Below, one piece after another: positions 11,091-23,577 of a DNA stretch of 64,000 nt. Numbering within the stretch: position 1 is the first letter of the stretch; each line of letters begins with the position of its first letter. The notes under the pieces are model-generated. The model was not told the DNA's origin and did no database searches. It worked only from the letters and a program-made list of their open reading frames with translations. The stretch covers positions 620,001 through 684,000 of the forward strand of contig AP026152.1 in NCBI GenBank assembly GCA_030295235.1, in the 5' to 3' direction. The DNA comes from Fistulifera solaris. Its lineage: Eukaryota. The position numbers and the translations under genes are program-made.

Positions 11091-12888
11091 ATGAAGATAC
11101 GGAGGACTATTATCTTGCGACGGCAATTGACAAGCCGTTTCTTCTCGACCGAACGACAGCGTCGCCTTCCCGACGATGGCAAAGTGTTGCAACACTTTTT
11201 ATCCGATGCCCAAAGTCCGTCTACTGCTACAACTACATCATTGCAACCTTACCGTGGGACGTTTCATATCAAAACGTACGGATGTCAAATGAATGTTAAT
11301 GATACGGACATTGTACGGAGTGTTTTGTTTCAGGCGGGATGGCAGGAAACCTTGCAAGAACATGACGCCACCGTCTTATTGACCAATACATGTGCGATTC
11401 GGGAAAACGCGGAAACGAAAGTATGGGATCGCCTGAAACAGTTGCGAGCACTGCAACGCAAATCTTCTTACAATAGAAATGCCATTGTGGGGGTTCTTGG
11501 TTGCATGGCGGAACGCCTGCAACAGGATTTGCTACACGACAATTTGGCCGATTTAGTCGTCGGGCCCGATGCGTATCGTGATTTGCCTCGTTTGTTGAAT
11601 ACTTTACTCGATGAAGAAGAAGACCAGGCATTTAATGTACAACTCAGTTTGGAAGAGACGTATGCCGATATTCAACCCGTCCGACGATCGAAAGAGGATG
11701 TCAGTGCCTTTGTTTCCATTCAACGGGGATGTGCGAATCGATGTAGTTTCTGTATCGTACCCTTCACCAGAGGACACGAACGCAGTCGGCCGAAGCAGAG
11801 TATCTTAGACGAGATACAACAATTGCATTTTGAAGAAAAGGTTAAAGAAGTCACGTTGTTGGGACAAAATGTTAATTCCTATCATGATACCAGTGAAGCA
11901 GCGCGACTCGCACGTCCCCATCAGGATTATCGCATGTCGAATGAAGGTTTCCGCTCCCGAATTCGACGACAAGATGCCGGGTACTTTTTTGCCGATTTGT
12001 TGGCAGCCGTCAGTGACATTTCTCCCGAATTGCGGGTACGCTTCACATCACCGCATCCCAAAGATTATCCCACTACACTGTTGACACTCATGGCCGAACG
12101 GCCCAATATATGTCAACATCTGCACATGCCGGCGCAGTCGGGATCGACCAGTATGCTGCAACGCATGAAACGCGGCTATACCCGAGAGGCCTATTTGCAA
12201 TTGATGGATGATGTTCACACCATTCTACCCGATGTGGCCATTTCGTCCGATTTCATTGCCGGATTTTTGTGGAGAAACGGAAGAAGAACACGCGGATACG
12301 CTCTCCTTAATGGAACACGTCCGCTACGATCAGGCGTACATGTTTGCGTACAGTATGCGTGAAAAGACGCACGCGCATCGGACGATGCACGACAATGTAC
12401 CGGAGGATGTGAAACAACGGCGTCTCCGTGAAATCATTGATGTTTTTCATCGCACTGTGCAGGCGAAGAATGAAGAACGAGAAGTGGGTCGGCTTCGACT
12501 CGTTTTGGTGGAAGGTGAATCGAAGCGGAGTCAACCGGGCAATTTGCGTTGGCATGGACGGACCGATCAAAATAAGCGGTTGGTGTTTGCGGTGGCGGAG
12601 GATAGACAATGCTGGACTGATGATGATTTGTTTGGGCAAGCAGGATTGTTAAAGGATCAAATCCCGAAAGCGACAGGCCGCATAGTGCCGGGTGACTATG
12701 CTGTTGTGGAAGTGACCGAGGCGAAAGGTCACACCTTACGAGGCAAGCTATTGTGGAAAACCTCGCTCGCTCGGTTCGAGGCATCGGGGCTGTCCGGAAT
12801 CGATAGGGACAGCAAGGAGCGAGCTGCTTCCGTTACGCGTCAACTGAGTCTGCCAACGGAACCTTCCGCTAGGTTGGTGCAGTGTTAG
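11091..12888 (+). CDS. CDK5RAP1: MiaB-type tRNA methylthiotransferase (CDK5RAP1-like); frameshift in T-run ~12265
   Basis: UPF0004 motifs TYGCQMN, NTCAIRE and LGCMAE; radical SAM CxxxCxxC (GCANRCSFCIVP); SDFIAGF|CGETEE; C-terminal TRAM-like region. Confidence 0.93.
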
Positions 12889-13069
12889 AGCATAGCTGTT
12901 AGTAATGAGGACGACTGAGATACAGCTACGCAAGTCATGAATCATGATCTTCCCGAACCAGAGTGTCATTGAAATCTTAACGTTCTGCTGGGTTGTTAAG
13001 CCCCTGATGACGTTGAATACAAATGCATTCATAATTAGCAGCATTTGCGACACCGTCCTATTATATTTT

Positions 13070-13371
13070 ACTATAGGCCCAAAGTGTTGTCCGCCACGAT
13101 TGCATTTCAGTCATGAATCAACTCCATCGTTCCGAGCCAGCCTGTGATTGAAGGTGTGTTCGTTCTACTAGACTAATAAGCCATCGTTGCGTTAAGGCAA
13201 ATGTATTATGCTTGGCAGCATCGGCAAAATGTTCCTTGCTTTTCCAGGTCGGATAACATACCCTTGTGAAGCGATGTTTCCGTCTTTACTATACTCCAAA
13301 GTGTAGATTATTTACTATACTCTAAGTGTCTATTACTATTTGTCCGACTGGATTTTGTTGATAAGTCATGA
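13070..13371 (+). repeat. Cluster of the dispersed bipartite motif (copies 13070-13116, half copy 13288-13306, 13314-13371)
   Basis: ACTATAGGCCCAAAGTGTTG..CCACGATTGCATTTCAGTCATGA and ACTATACTCTAAGTGT..CGACTGGATTTTGTTGATAAGTCATGA. Confidence 0.7.
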
Positions 13372-13500
13372 ATGACATGCCACGTGACGAAAGACGTGAT
13401 GTTTTGATGTTGCGAGATAATGCGAGATCTCTTTATCCTTTCAAAAACACAAAACCAACAGAATAACACAAATCGAGAACCCATTGTTGCGTAAAGCATC

Positions 13501-14322
13501 ATGGTAGCCGCACTACCCGTTCTTTCTTGGATCGGCGCGGCGGTAATAGGCACCGCACTCTTTGACAAGTTCCTGAAACCCAAAGTGCCCTTTTACAAAT
13601 TACAAATCGATCGTTTGCCACGTTTGCGCTACCTGGATGGACAATGGAAGACGCAATTACCGACACGAGTCACACTGTTCAATGAAAATTATGTATCCAT
13701 TGATATTTATGCAGTTTCATTTGATCTATTTTATGCCGATTGGTGGGATGGCAGTTTACATCACCTCGCACGTGTCGAAGATCGCCATCAACAAGTCGCA
13801 ACAAAGGTTGACCTGCCCTGTACATCGGCTTCGACCGACTGTACTTCATCCTCAATAAAACAACCTCCCGTTTGGCAAATACAGCCGCGGTCAGACTTTG
13901 ACTTTCAAGACGACATGTATGTCGTTTTATCGGCTTCTCTGTATGAACTCCTGACATCCTACCTGTTCACCATGACATCCCAATTATGGAAAGGCAGTGG
14001 ACAGCTGGTATTACCTTCTACGGGTGTCGCACACTTGCAAGTCGGCAAGATTCCCGCGACTGTCGCTCTCCTTTGTGACAATGTCGTGAATACCTGGGCC
14101 ATGGCGGTCGAAGCCTTTGAGTGTCAGTTTCAAGACATTCAATTGGCGTGGGCCGATTTGGACGAGACGGCGGAAAAGACCATGCAGAAAGCATTGAATT
14201 GGCCTTTATTTCCAGAAACGGGAGGATTCTTCCTAAAGGAATGGACCACCACGACCGATGATCAACTGGATGCGTTTCGGATCGTCACGCTCGAAGATCC
14301 CGAAGTGGCGGTGCAATACTAA
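13501..14322 (+). CDS. Single-pass membrane protein, LEA_2/HIN1-like
   Basis: Intact 273-aa ORF. An N-terminal hydrophobic helix is followed by PKVP and a VTLFNENYVSIDIYAVSFDLFY (NxN..I) motif. Family call is by eye. Confidence 0.6.
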   Translation: MVAALPVLSWIGAAVIGTALFDKFLKPKVPFYKLQIDRLPRLRYLDGQWKTQLPTRVTLFNENYVSIDIYAVSFDLFYADWWDGSLHHLARVEDRHQQVATKVDLPCTSASTDCTSSSIKQPPVWQIQPRSDFDFQDDMYVVLSASLYELLTSYLFTMTSQLWKGSGQLVLPSTGVAHLQVGKIPATVALLCDNVVNTWAMAVEAFECQFQDIQLAWADLDETAEKTMQKALNWPLFPETGGFFLKEWTTTTDDQLDAFRIVTLEDPEVAVQY

Positions 14323-14457
14323 ACAGTCAATGGACCGGTATAACAAAAGGCCATGAACATAAGTCAAATAATTCTGTATGATAAGCTACCGCAAATAAAA
14401 TGGAACGTGCAACATGCTCTACTAGTTTCATTCATTAAATCGCGCTGCAACACTCAA

Positions 14458-15452
14458 TTAAAGCCCCGCCTCTTTCTTTAGCTTTTCAAACTCATCGTCC
14501 ACTGCCTTGTTGTCACTTTTTGCCGACGATGAACTCGATTCTTCCTTGGCAGGATTGAGCATGCCCTTCAATTTATTCAATTCATCATCGACACTAGACG
14601 CCGCCTCCAGCAGTTTGAATTGATCCTCCAACGACGACTTACTACCGGGAAGTGCCTTGGACATTTCCGACGAAATTTCAGCCGCGGCTTCCAACGCTTC
14701 GACTTTTTCTTCCATTCGTTTGAAAGCATCCATACTGGTCGAGCCCGTCAAACCCGTCAACATGTCGTTGACTTTCTGTGTCGACTGTGCCGTTCGCGCG
14801 CGTGCCACCATTTGTTCCTTCTTCGACTTCGCATCCAATATAGCACTCTCTAACGTTTGCATCCCTTCATATAGTTTATCGATACTGCTCGCCTGTGCAT
14901 CAATTTGTGACTGTAACGATGCCGCTTCGTCCAATTGTTGTTGTCGTCGCGTCAAGGCCTCCTTGGCCAATCCTTCGTTCGACGCCTTGAGGGCAAGTTG
15001 CGCTCGTTTGTACCAATCTTCCGCGACCGCGTCGCATTGTTCTTTTGTTTCAATAAACGACGTTGTGTGGCGGTGACTTCGGCGTACGATTGACGGACAC
15101 TGACCAAGTCTTTCTACAAAGGTGGGTTGAGGGTGGGTCGAACGTGTTGCGGATCGAACAATGAGACAGTTGCCTATGGACGTATAGGAAAGCCCTTGAT
15201 TCATTCGACTACACGTACCTGCATATCTTCTACAGCTTGCGTCATGATCTTTTCGGGATCTTCTAAATTTTTGAGAATATTGTTGAGGTTCGATTTGGCG
15301 ACACGAGTGAATCGATCAAACAAATTCATTTGCAAAGCTGTCGACGACGAAGGAACCGAGACACTTGGTCGAGATACGAAGCTACTGTGCGGAACCACAG
15401 TGAAAGCATTGGCGGTTGCCAACAAGAGCGTTGTCAATCCGAATCGCACCAT
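14458..15452 (-). CDS. VIPP1: Plastid VIPP1/IM30 (PspA family); intron 15114-15218, frameshift ~15045
   Basis: Signal peptide ending ANA-F, then MNLFDRFTRVAKSNLN..LEDPEKIMTQAVEDMQ|KDLVSVRQSYAEV, EDWYKRAQLAL and AFKRMEEKVEALEA. Confidence 0.92.
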
Positions 15453-16216
15453 TTTGAAAGAAGGGAGAACGGATGGGTATGGGTCGTGAAAGGTAAGTCG
15501 ATGGCGTGTAATAGAGAGCTATTTTATAAATCGTCAACAAGACTCTCTCCGGATGCTCTTCCGTGCGGCACAAGATAGAGTCAGATTCTATTGACGCGTG
15601 TTCGAAACAGACAAGAGTGTCAAGTCGTCCTTCCAATAATGGAAACGTTGCAATAACTACTCCGGAGTAACACACAATCGCGACAACGCGATGGCACGCG
15701 ATCGACGACGAGATTTTTTCAAGGCAAGGGGTGATGACGTGGAAGTCCGTGCCGCGTACGTCCGTAAAAAATTTTCGGACACTGCTTACTATCTCTGGAA
15801 GTGTAGTCTTGTGGATTTTCGCATTGAATAATCGAAACCGGACCGACAGTTGATTACAAAATGTATCGTACCGGCACCGCATTCTATCTGAGTGCTATCT
15901 CTACAGGAAGTTCAGTCGTGGTCTACGCAAATCAACATATTGATCCTATAGTGGGTATTGCAGCCTCCCTCATAAAGTACCGTCTACATTCCATCACTCC
16001 GAAAGATACTTTTGGCGTCGCATTATAGTTGCATTTGTTCCGGCGTTTCGATTTCTACGTGTTTTCACGTAGATCGAGTAAGCTTTTCCATTGACACCTC
16101 CCCGATCTTTTTTTCTCGTTCCTTTTGCATTATTGACAGGCTCTCATATTAGTTGCAGGAACTATTGTTCGCTCTGTTGCTTTCAACGACGAAGTCGCTC
16201 GCTCTGCCCTCTCAAC

Positions 16217-16750
16217 ATGATGTCCCCTTTTGCTCGATTTACGGCTACCAAAGTTGCATCCCGGTAAGTGCATGTGTAGAGAGATCTTCGTGAATCTGAT
16301 TTGCAAAGATGTGAATCATCGTTGTCGTTTGTCTTGCCCGTTCAAATTTATCCGGTGCATTCCTACACACATTCTTGTCATTGAAGTATTAGCTTGCTGC
16401 TACTTCATGATGCATGCTGTCATTATTTACTCATCATGCCTTTCCTCATATTTTTTTCTCCAGAGTCGTCGTCGCTACGCGCGCGCAAAGCACTTTGGTA
16501 GCCGTGCCCAAGAAAAACTTTTCAAAGGACTGGTTGAGTGACCCCTCGACGTATCCCTTGATTGCGATCATGTCGATTGCTGCCAGTGGGTGTGCGGGTT
16601 TCATGGCGTACAAGCTGACGTATTGTCCCGATGTTCGTATCACGAACAAGACCAAGGTAAGAGCGAAAACAATCAATGGTCTGTTACTTTTATATACACT
16701 TGTATTCACACTCGTTCTCTCCTCAGGGTAAAGTTCTTCGTGATTGGTAG
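16217..16750 (+). CDS. NDUFA4/B12D-family small mitochondrial membrane protein, copy 1; introns 16264-16463 and 16657-16726
   Basis: Spliced product MMSPFARFTATKVASR|VVVATRAQST..WLSDPSTYPLIAIMSIAASGCAGFMAYKLTYCPDVRITNKTK|GKVLRDW*. The YPL-TM-PDVR pattern is characteristic of the family. Confidence 0.85.
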
Positions 16751-17080
16751 GCATTGCCTGCAATTAACTACATCGTAAGGAAAAACTAGTCAATCAAGTT
16801 GAGTGCACTAATGTTTCTCTTTAATATGTCTATCAATGTGTGCTGTATCCACTAGTTTGGCTGTATTAGACTCCTTTCGTGTCGTGTGACTTGTTATTGA
16901 ACAAACAACTGGTTCTTTCAATGGGCTTGCATTTGGACTGTTAGATTAAGCCTCGAACAAAAGTGCATGAACTGAAACGTTTAGTAGACTTCTTGAATGC
17001 TCGACGCTTCCTTGGATGTTGAATGTCAACGGATGGAATAAGCGAAAGAATTTGTCATTGTTATACTTGTGTGCCTTCTT

Positions 17081-20000
17081 TTATACAGGTCCTCCTGTCT
17101 CGCTGAGAGCATTGCCTAGCACATCCAAATATTGTTTCAGGTCGTCGGCTCCGACACCAAGTGCTATTCGAACGGCATCATAAATTAAGAATTGGAGACT
17201 CACAAGGAGCATATAGAAAACGAGACGTAGAGGCAATCCCCGGAAAAAGCCCGCTGGACCATCCCGTTCCAATACCAGCTGACCGGCCGCCAATGGACTC
17301 ATATTCGACTTGGTCTTTTCATTTGACTGATCGTTACGTCGGCGGGGTTACTGACGATAGCTGCCACGATACCTCCCAAAATTCCACCCACTAAACTAAT
17401 TCCCAACGACAGGTTCAGCTCTTCTTTAGCAGCCGGAAAGACGTTGTACAAGTAGGTTGTGCTCAAGTCGAAAACGGTAAACTTGGCTGCAGCAAATGGG
17501 ATCTCTTTGGCCAACACAACTGGCACAGCAGAAAACAGAGAGAGAAATCCTTCTTCCGCCACCATTCTGTTGTAAACTGCCAAGATATTCGGAGCATAGT
17601 CTTTTTGAAAGACGGATCGGATCCTTACAGCCTCAAAGGGGCTGATGACGAAGGACCCAAGAAATGCTCCGACGGAAGCCGCGGTCAAAATGATTGGGAC
17701 TTCAAGCCCTGCACTCGCTGGACCCGCGAGCTCAAAAAGGAAACGTCTGGTATATTCGGTCAGTGAATATGATATGCCTCCCCATGTTAGAAAGCCCAAT
17801 AACGTCGGTACCCATCCAGTAAAAAAAGCCGGTCGGACCGGAGTCGGCAAGTACGCGCTTGAAGGCTTCGATAACATCCGGGTAGCTCTCCGGATCCGTT
17901 TGGACCTTGACATCCACATGAGAGCAAGAACAAAACATCTAAGCAAGGAGCTCGGGAAGTACATACCTTCGTTTTCACAACGTCAATCGGCGTTAAAGCG
18001 AGATGGACCCCTCCACAACAGATAGCTCCTGAAACAACAAACCGTAGGAATGATCCAGCTCCAAGCTGCATATCTCGCTCGATTGGTGATCTCCCTCGAG
18101 GACCAAAATCGGGTTCGAAGATGACTGACGTGTCTTTCACGAAACTTTTACCGGTGTCACTGTACTCGGGGTCAACAGCTAGAGTGTATCTGTTCAAGTC
18201 GGGTTCAAAAACTAAACCCACTCCACCAGGAAGAAGCTGAAGAATTTGTGTTGACGTTGATCTCGAGTTAGTTCCAAAGGATGGTAAGATATCTTCCAAG
18301 CTACTGTCAGCGGACCTGATGGTACGTGGCTTGTAGATTTCGGCGGCACTCGGATTCGGAATGGCCGAACCACTTTTCAAGATTTTTTGTTTAGCTTGAA
18401 CAAAGTCGTCCTCGGATTGAAAAGCACTAAAAACGTCTTTTTCTGCCACGGGATAGGCTAGGACTTGAACAGGATCATCGTAGCATCCTCTTCCAAAACA
18501 TCCACTGCTACCGCTACCTCGCCTAGCAGCGAAATTTATAATCGATTCCACGGAGTTGGGGTCACTTGGGTTTGGCATTTTCGCCCTCATCTCTTTGGTT
18601 GGTATTGATGTGGCAGGAAGCGGCTGATCTGGGGAGATCACTCGAGCCATGAGAGGATCGTTCATGTTGACACGCGCTGTAAGAGGCGGAGGTTCCACAT
18701 AAACCTCAATAGGTTTCTCGCACGCGTATCCTGTTCCGTTGTTTGTGATTAGAATATCAGAAACTTCATACTCCAACACAGCAGTAGCCGTAGCCGTCAC
18801 TCCCCCGTTTTGCACGGAAGTTTCGGGTGGCGCAATACAAATTCGAATGATTTCTTTTCAGTGTAACCAGAGCCAGGATTCAGTAGCTGAATTCGTTCGA
18901 TACGTCCTTTGTTGGGACCACCACGAAAAAGAAATGCTTTGGCTTCGGCTACTTCTCCTTGTTCTCCACTCTCAAACCGTAGACTAGCAGGTGGGGATAT
19001 TGTTACTTCAGGCGGCTTGGCATAGCCTGCACCCCTGTTGACGACGTCGATCCTCAAGATTTTCCCATTGGGCGATAGAATGGCTCGTCCAGTAGCCGTC
19101 TGGAAGGACTCTCCAGCGTCGGGTGGAGGAAACCGCACCTCGGGAGGACCATAACCAGGGGCGTAGCCGGACCCAGGATCCAAAATACGGACGGAGGAAA
19201 TACTGCCGTTGTCTATAGCTGCCAAAAGTTTGCTGATTTCATCGACTGGTTGGTTTTTCTCCATCAACGCAAACAAAAGCGCAATTTGTCGACGAGCCTC
19301 TTTGATTTCTCGTTCCATCCGCGCCTCCTCTTTTTCAGATAAAGGTGACAAGCCATCTTTCTCTCTGGATTTTCTCAGCGCGTCGGTCGACGGACAATAT
19401 CTTTCCAACAGAGATTGCAAAAGGCGACGAGGTCCGTCGTCTTTGCACGATATTCTTGCAAACCCACTTCGACACTCGCGGAGAATGCGCCAAACTGATT
19501 TAACCGAAATTTGTTGACCTCTTCTTCCGATGCTGTAATAGGAATTATTCTCGCTCGCTCGTACCACCACTTCTGACAGGCCTTGTCGAAGCAAAGAAGA
19601 AAACGACTCAAATATGTGACGAAACGGACATTGTAACCATCTTTTTCCACATCAAATACTGTCACTCCAGTTCTTTTGTTCACAGGGGTGGCTTCCCATT
19701 TTTCTAACGTTGCTGCATTCGCAGCGTCTGTCGCTCCGAGCACACTCGCTGCAGAAATTAGTGACGAGGCAAAGAATAGACGCCGTGATGCAGAGTCCTT
19801 GTTTTTAGGCTCGGGTTTGTTGGAAGAAAATTCCTGGTGGCTTTTAAAAGCATATCTGCAGCTTGAGTAAGCTGATTTGCTGAGAAGTCGTCCTTCTTAT
19901 CTTGCTGAATATCCTCGGTCAGTAACCTGGCTTTCATCGGTATCCATTTCGTCGCACAGCCCCCTCGCTTCATTCGGATCAGTATTCTTTCTTGAAACCT

Positions 20001-20105
20001 TCTTGTTTCGCTCATTGAAGAATGTATGATAGGATGAAGATGACTTTGAGCCGAAAGAAATGCCGTTGCTGATGAAAGAAGACAAAAAGTCATCAAGGAC
20101 AGCAT
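17081..20105 (-). CDS. Mitochondrial-carrier-family (phosphate-carrier-like) protein with long N-terminal extension, predicted plastid-targeted; intron 17906-17966; frameshifts ~19840, ~19445, ~18855, ~17822, ~17310
   Basis: Three carrier signatures: TPIDVVKTK|VQ, SPFEAVRIR and NPADVTISQM. PiC-like GAICCGGVHLAL and KEIPFAAAKF. N-terminus MLSLMTFCLLSSATA-FL. Confidence 0.82.
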
Positions 20106-20586
20106 GGCCAAGCGCACCCTATGAGTATCAGCAGGATTGACTTTACAGCCTGCCCTCAAATCCAGCCGCCGTCTCATGGTAGACTGTTACCCCTTTTCAA
20201 ACAATTGTTCACTGCTTGGAATGCCGACTTTCTCACAAACAAGTTCTTTTTGCGCTGCAGTCGTAGGTCTCTCGTCGAAGATCGGTGTTTATTGTGTTTT
20301 GCTTTCTTGCGTGTTGTGGCACTGTGCCGACGTAGCTGCAACGGTCACAAAACACGAGTCACACCTACAGTTTATTTGGGTATGGAATTGTTATTTAACG
20401 GTTGTTTACCGCTTTCGCTAATAAAATAACGCGATCGATTCGGTGTGACTACTTTATGCAGGATAGAAAATTACAGCCACGTGTCACGTCGTCACGCCAT
20501 TTTGGGCTAGAGTTTAGCTATGAAAGCAATTTAATCACCGTACTCCGTAGTCACCTGTATTTGATTCAAGACAAGTTCAAATCGAT

Positions 20587-22044
20587 TTAGCGCACTGTTA
20601 CGTCCTCCTCCGCGGGAATTCGCTCTATTTCAATCCGAGGCATCCTTATACCTGATTCCGACGACTCGACCACCTCTGTGACTTCAATGTCATCCTCTGT
20701 TTCTTCTGCTGCTTTTCCAGTGGTTGCGTCCAATTCTGGCCACCAAAGTGGTAAGTATGGCAAATATCTATATTCACGATCTCCAATCCTAATTTTGTTT
20801 GTATGTGACCATTGGCCACCCTCCAAAAGACCCACAGCTTCGAGGCGCATCAGGGCCAAGACAACATTCGTCCCCTTCACTGGAGGACTGATGATTTTAC
20901 CTATTGTTTTGTCAGTAGCCGTGTCCACCAATTTCGCCCCCGCTGTACAATCTTCTTCAATTTCTTTGACGCGCTGTCGCGATCTCTCCAACGCTACTTT
21001 CAGTTCCATGGCCGCTTTCTCGTCCACAGCGTCGGTCGACGGTTCAATCGATCCAGTGGCGATCGCCACGAGGTTTCCTGCCGTGAGAACGGAGAGGCGG
21101 GGAAGACGAGTGGGTAAATACTGCAATTCCTCGGGTGTAAATTTGCTCCGCTCTCGGCCTTCTTGTAAATTTGCCGCAACTCGCCATGGAGATGGAACAT
21201 CCGTATGAGGATCCAATAGCATGAGAGGCATGATTCGTTTGCGCAGAACGCCCGTATGATGCACTCGAGCCGTCAGTTCCTGACCCAGATAACAGCCCTT
21301 ATCAAAACTCACAGCGTTCAAATGTTCCTGATTGGATTCCAAGGCAACCAAACCCTTCAATTCGGAGCCTTCGGCGACACCTGCTAAACGACGAACCAGT
21401 TCGTAATTCCCGGGCATGGAAGGAAACGTACTCTTCGCAAGGGCATCGGAAAATTGTTGCACGGTGATATGGCGCGGACTCTGATCTCCTGGCAGCTGCA
21501 ACACTCGCATTCCCAAACTGGGATGGCGCGGGTCGAGTCCGGCCAAGAATCCGTCCGGTGTGCCTTGACTATTCAATGTTCCGTAAATGACGGCCGCGGC
21601 CATGTCTTCCGTCCGATCGGTAATTTCTACCTTAGTTCGTCGCATTTTGAACAGTTTCATATGCTCCAGTAGTTCATGAACAGTGTCATTGCTGACTTCG
21701 ACGTAATATTGTTCTTCATTCAACTTCCACAGTAACGAATCCGTGACAATCCGACCTTTATTATCGAGAAAGCAAGTGGCGCGGAGTTGATCGGTGAATT
21801 GCACATCGGGATCTGTTTCGGGCTGCATATGACGCGGAATACCCGGACGGATTGTACCCTTCTTCTCGGGCCGAGGAGGATTGGGTGCGCTTCGCAAATC
21901 GGAAGTCACCAAGTTCTGCAAGAACGATGTAGCGCCAGTGCCCGCGACCGACAAAATGCGACGGTAATGAGGCTCCAAAATTTCGTGTCCTCGTCCCCAG
22001 AGGCGACCAAAATTGCCAGTAACTGTTGTAATGGAAGGAGGCAT
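20587..22044 (-). CDS. IBA57: IBA57/CAF17/YgfZ Fe-S cluster maturation factor
   Basis: Intact 485-aa ORF with FLQNLVTSD, FLDNKGRIV and the family signature SFDKGCYLGQELTAR. Confidence 0.93.
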   Translation of the reverse strand: MPPSITTVTGNFGRLWGRGHEILEPHYRRILSVAGTGATSFLQNLVTSDLRSAPNPPRPEKKGTIRPGIPRHMQPETDPDVQFTDQLRATCFLDNKGRIVTDSLLWKLNEEQYYVEVSNDTVHELLEHMKLFKMRRTKVEITDRTEDMAAAVIYGTLNSQGTPDGFLAGLDPRHPSLGMRVLQLPGDQSPRHITVQQFSDALAKSTFPSMPGNYELVRRLAGVAEGSELKGLVALESNQEHLNAVSFDKGCYLGQELTARVHHTGVLRKRIMPLMLLDPHTDVPSPWRVAANLQEGRERSKFTPEELQYLPTRLPRLSVLTAGNLVAIATGSIEPSTDAVDEKAAMELKVALERSRQRVKEIEEDCTAGAKLVDTATDKTIGKIISPPVKGTNVVLALMRLEAVGLLEGGQWSHTNKIRIGDREYRYLPYLPLWWPELDATTGKAAEETEDDIEVTEVVESSESGIRMPRIEIERIPAEEDVTVR

Positions 22045-22504
22045 CCTTTATTTAAGTTTAAAGCTGTAATATCGCACGGATACCTGAGACTATGAATGAT
22101 AAAAGGATGAATGAGATGTTATTGTTGTGATCGAGAGGAACGATCAAGAACAAGAACACTATATACTGTACAAAAGGGCGGAGGTTCGTCGTGCGCCCGT
22201 CCGTTGCTCGTTTGCGGGCTCGTCGGTCGTCACTGTCGCACTACGAATGACCAATCAAGGTGAAAGTTCCGTTGTAGCGCGTGACGTCAGTAAAACTACA
22301 CATCCACCTACAGTCGGGAAAACTTCGTTCCGTGGCCGCTGTAAACGTCATCATTTTTCGCCTTTTCACTTTGGTTGGTGACCACGTTGACCCGCAAAAG
22401 ACTTGCCACCGTCGGCATTCGGCATCTGCTCTTGCCTTTCGTCGAACAATTGCTGCTTATTGTTATTTTCCAGACGATACCATTTAAAGACATTTAATAG
22501 CATC

Positions 22505-22949
22505 ATGAACGCCTTGACTCGTGCCGCAACCACCACTCTTCCTCGGTACGTTCGATATATCTTGCAGTAGGGATTTGTCGGAATTTTGCGTTCTTCGCTT
22601 TTATTTATTTATCACGAACGATCGCTTGCATTCTCGTGTATTCGTTGATGGCTCGAGAGAACAAGTAACTCATCACACTAAGAACTCCTCTATACTCCTT
22701 CACTCACTTATTGCAATATCCTTCTTTTAATGACACAGAGCCCGCAGTGCCGTGCGCATGCAGAGCACCATGCCCCAAGCCGAGTCGTTCCAAAAGACCT
22801 GGTTGAGTGATCCTTCGACGTACCCCATCATGGTGATTCTCGGTGGAGCTGTTACGGGATGCACGGCCTTTGCCACCAACAAGTTTGCGACCGATGGTAA
22901 TGTGCGTGTCTCCAGCAAGGCCAAGGGCAAGGTCATTCGCACCTGGTGA
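22505..22949 (+). CDS. NDUFA4/B12D-family protein, copy 2; intron 22546-22738
   Basis: Spliced product MNALTRAATTTLPR|ARSAVRMQST..WLSDPSTYPIMVILGGAVTGCTAFATNKFATDGNVRVSSKAKGKVIRTW*. Clearly homologous to the gene at 16217-16750. Confidence 0.85.
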
Positions 22950-23577
22950 AGAAAACGCACAATGCTTCTGGGTAAACGGATGTTACGAAATAAGCAGTAA
23001 TAATTCTGTGGTTGTAGATGAAATCATTAGCGACCAGTCAGTTCGTTCCGTGCAGCTCATGTTGTGTCGCTTCCTCGTATTTGATCGGCTTTTGCGACGA
23101 CTAGCTAGTTAGTTAGCACATGGAATACATAAGTCAGTCCCTCTTTTCACATCACGATGACTCGCAAAGTAAATGGTGATTGAGGTCTGCAGCATCAAGT
23201 GAAATGAAGTAGACTAGAGCGAATCATGTTGCATCGACACTCGTCTCCACGAATACAATAATTCTGGGATCTACGTCTATCCACCGTGGTGGAAATCGTA
23301 GAAAGACATTTTTATATCCCGGATTATACTCTTACAACCATCAACAGCTATCGTATTCGGCATCACAGTGTAAAATGTTGTTCGTCAAAGTTTTTACGCT
23401 AAATTTCATCTCTTTCTAAGGATCCCATTGTCTTCTTCATTTCAAACGGATGAATCATTTGATATCGTGTAGAATTTGGCAAGGAAAACTTGCCATGACA
23501 AAGCTTTTGTGAAGCAGTGATCCGGGACAAAAAGTAGTCAAGAAAAGGGTTGGGTGGTCGAACAATACTGTCACTTT

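Noticed and set aside
12255..12275. Programmed ribosomal frameshift in the MiaB-type gene
   Set aside because: Similar homopolymer indels occur in many unrelated genes in both directions, so sequencing error is the simpler explanation.
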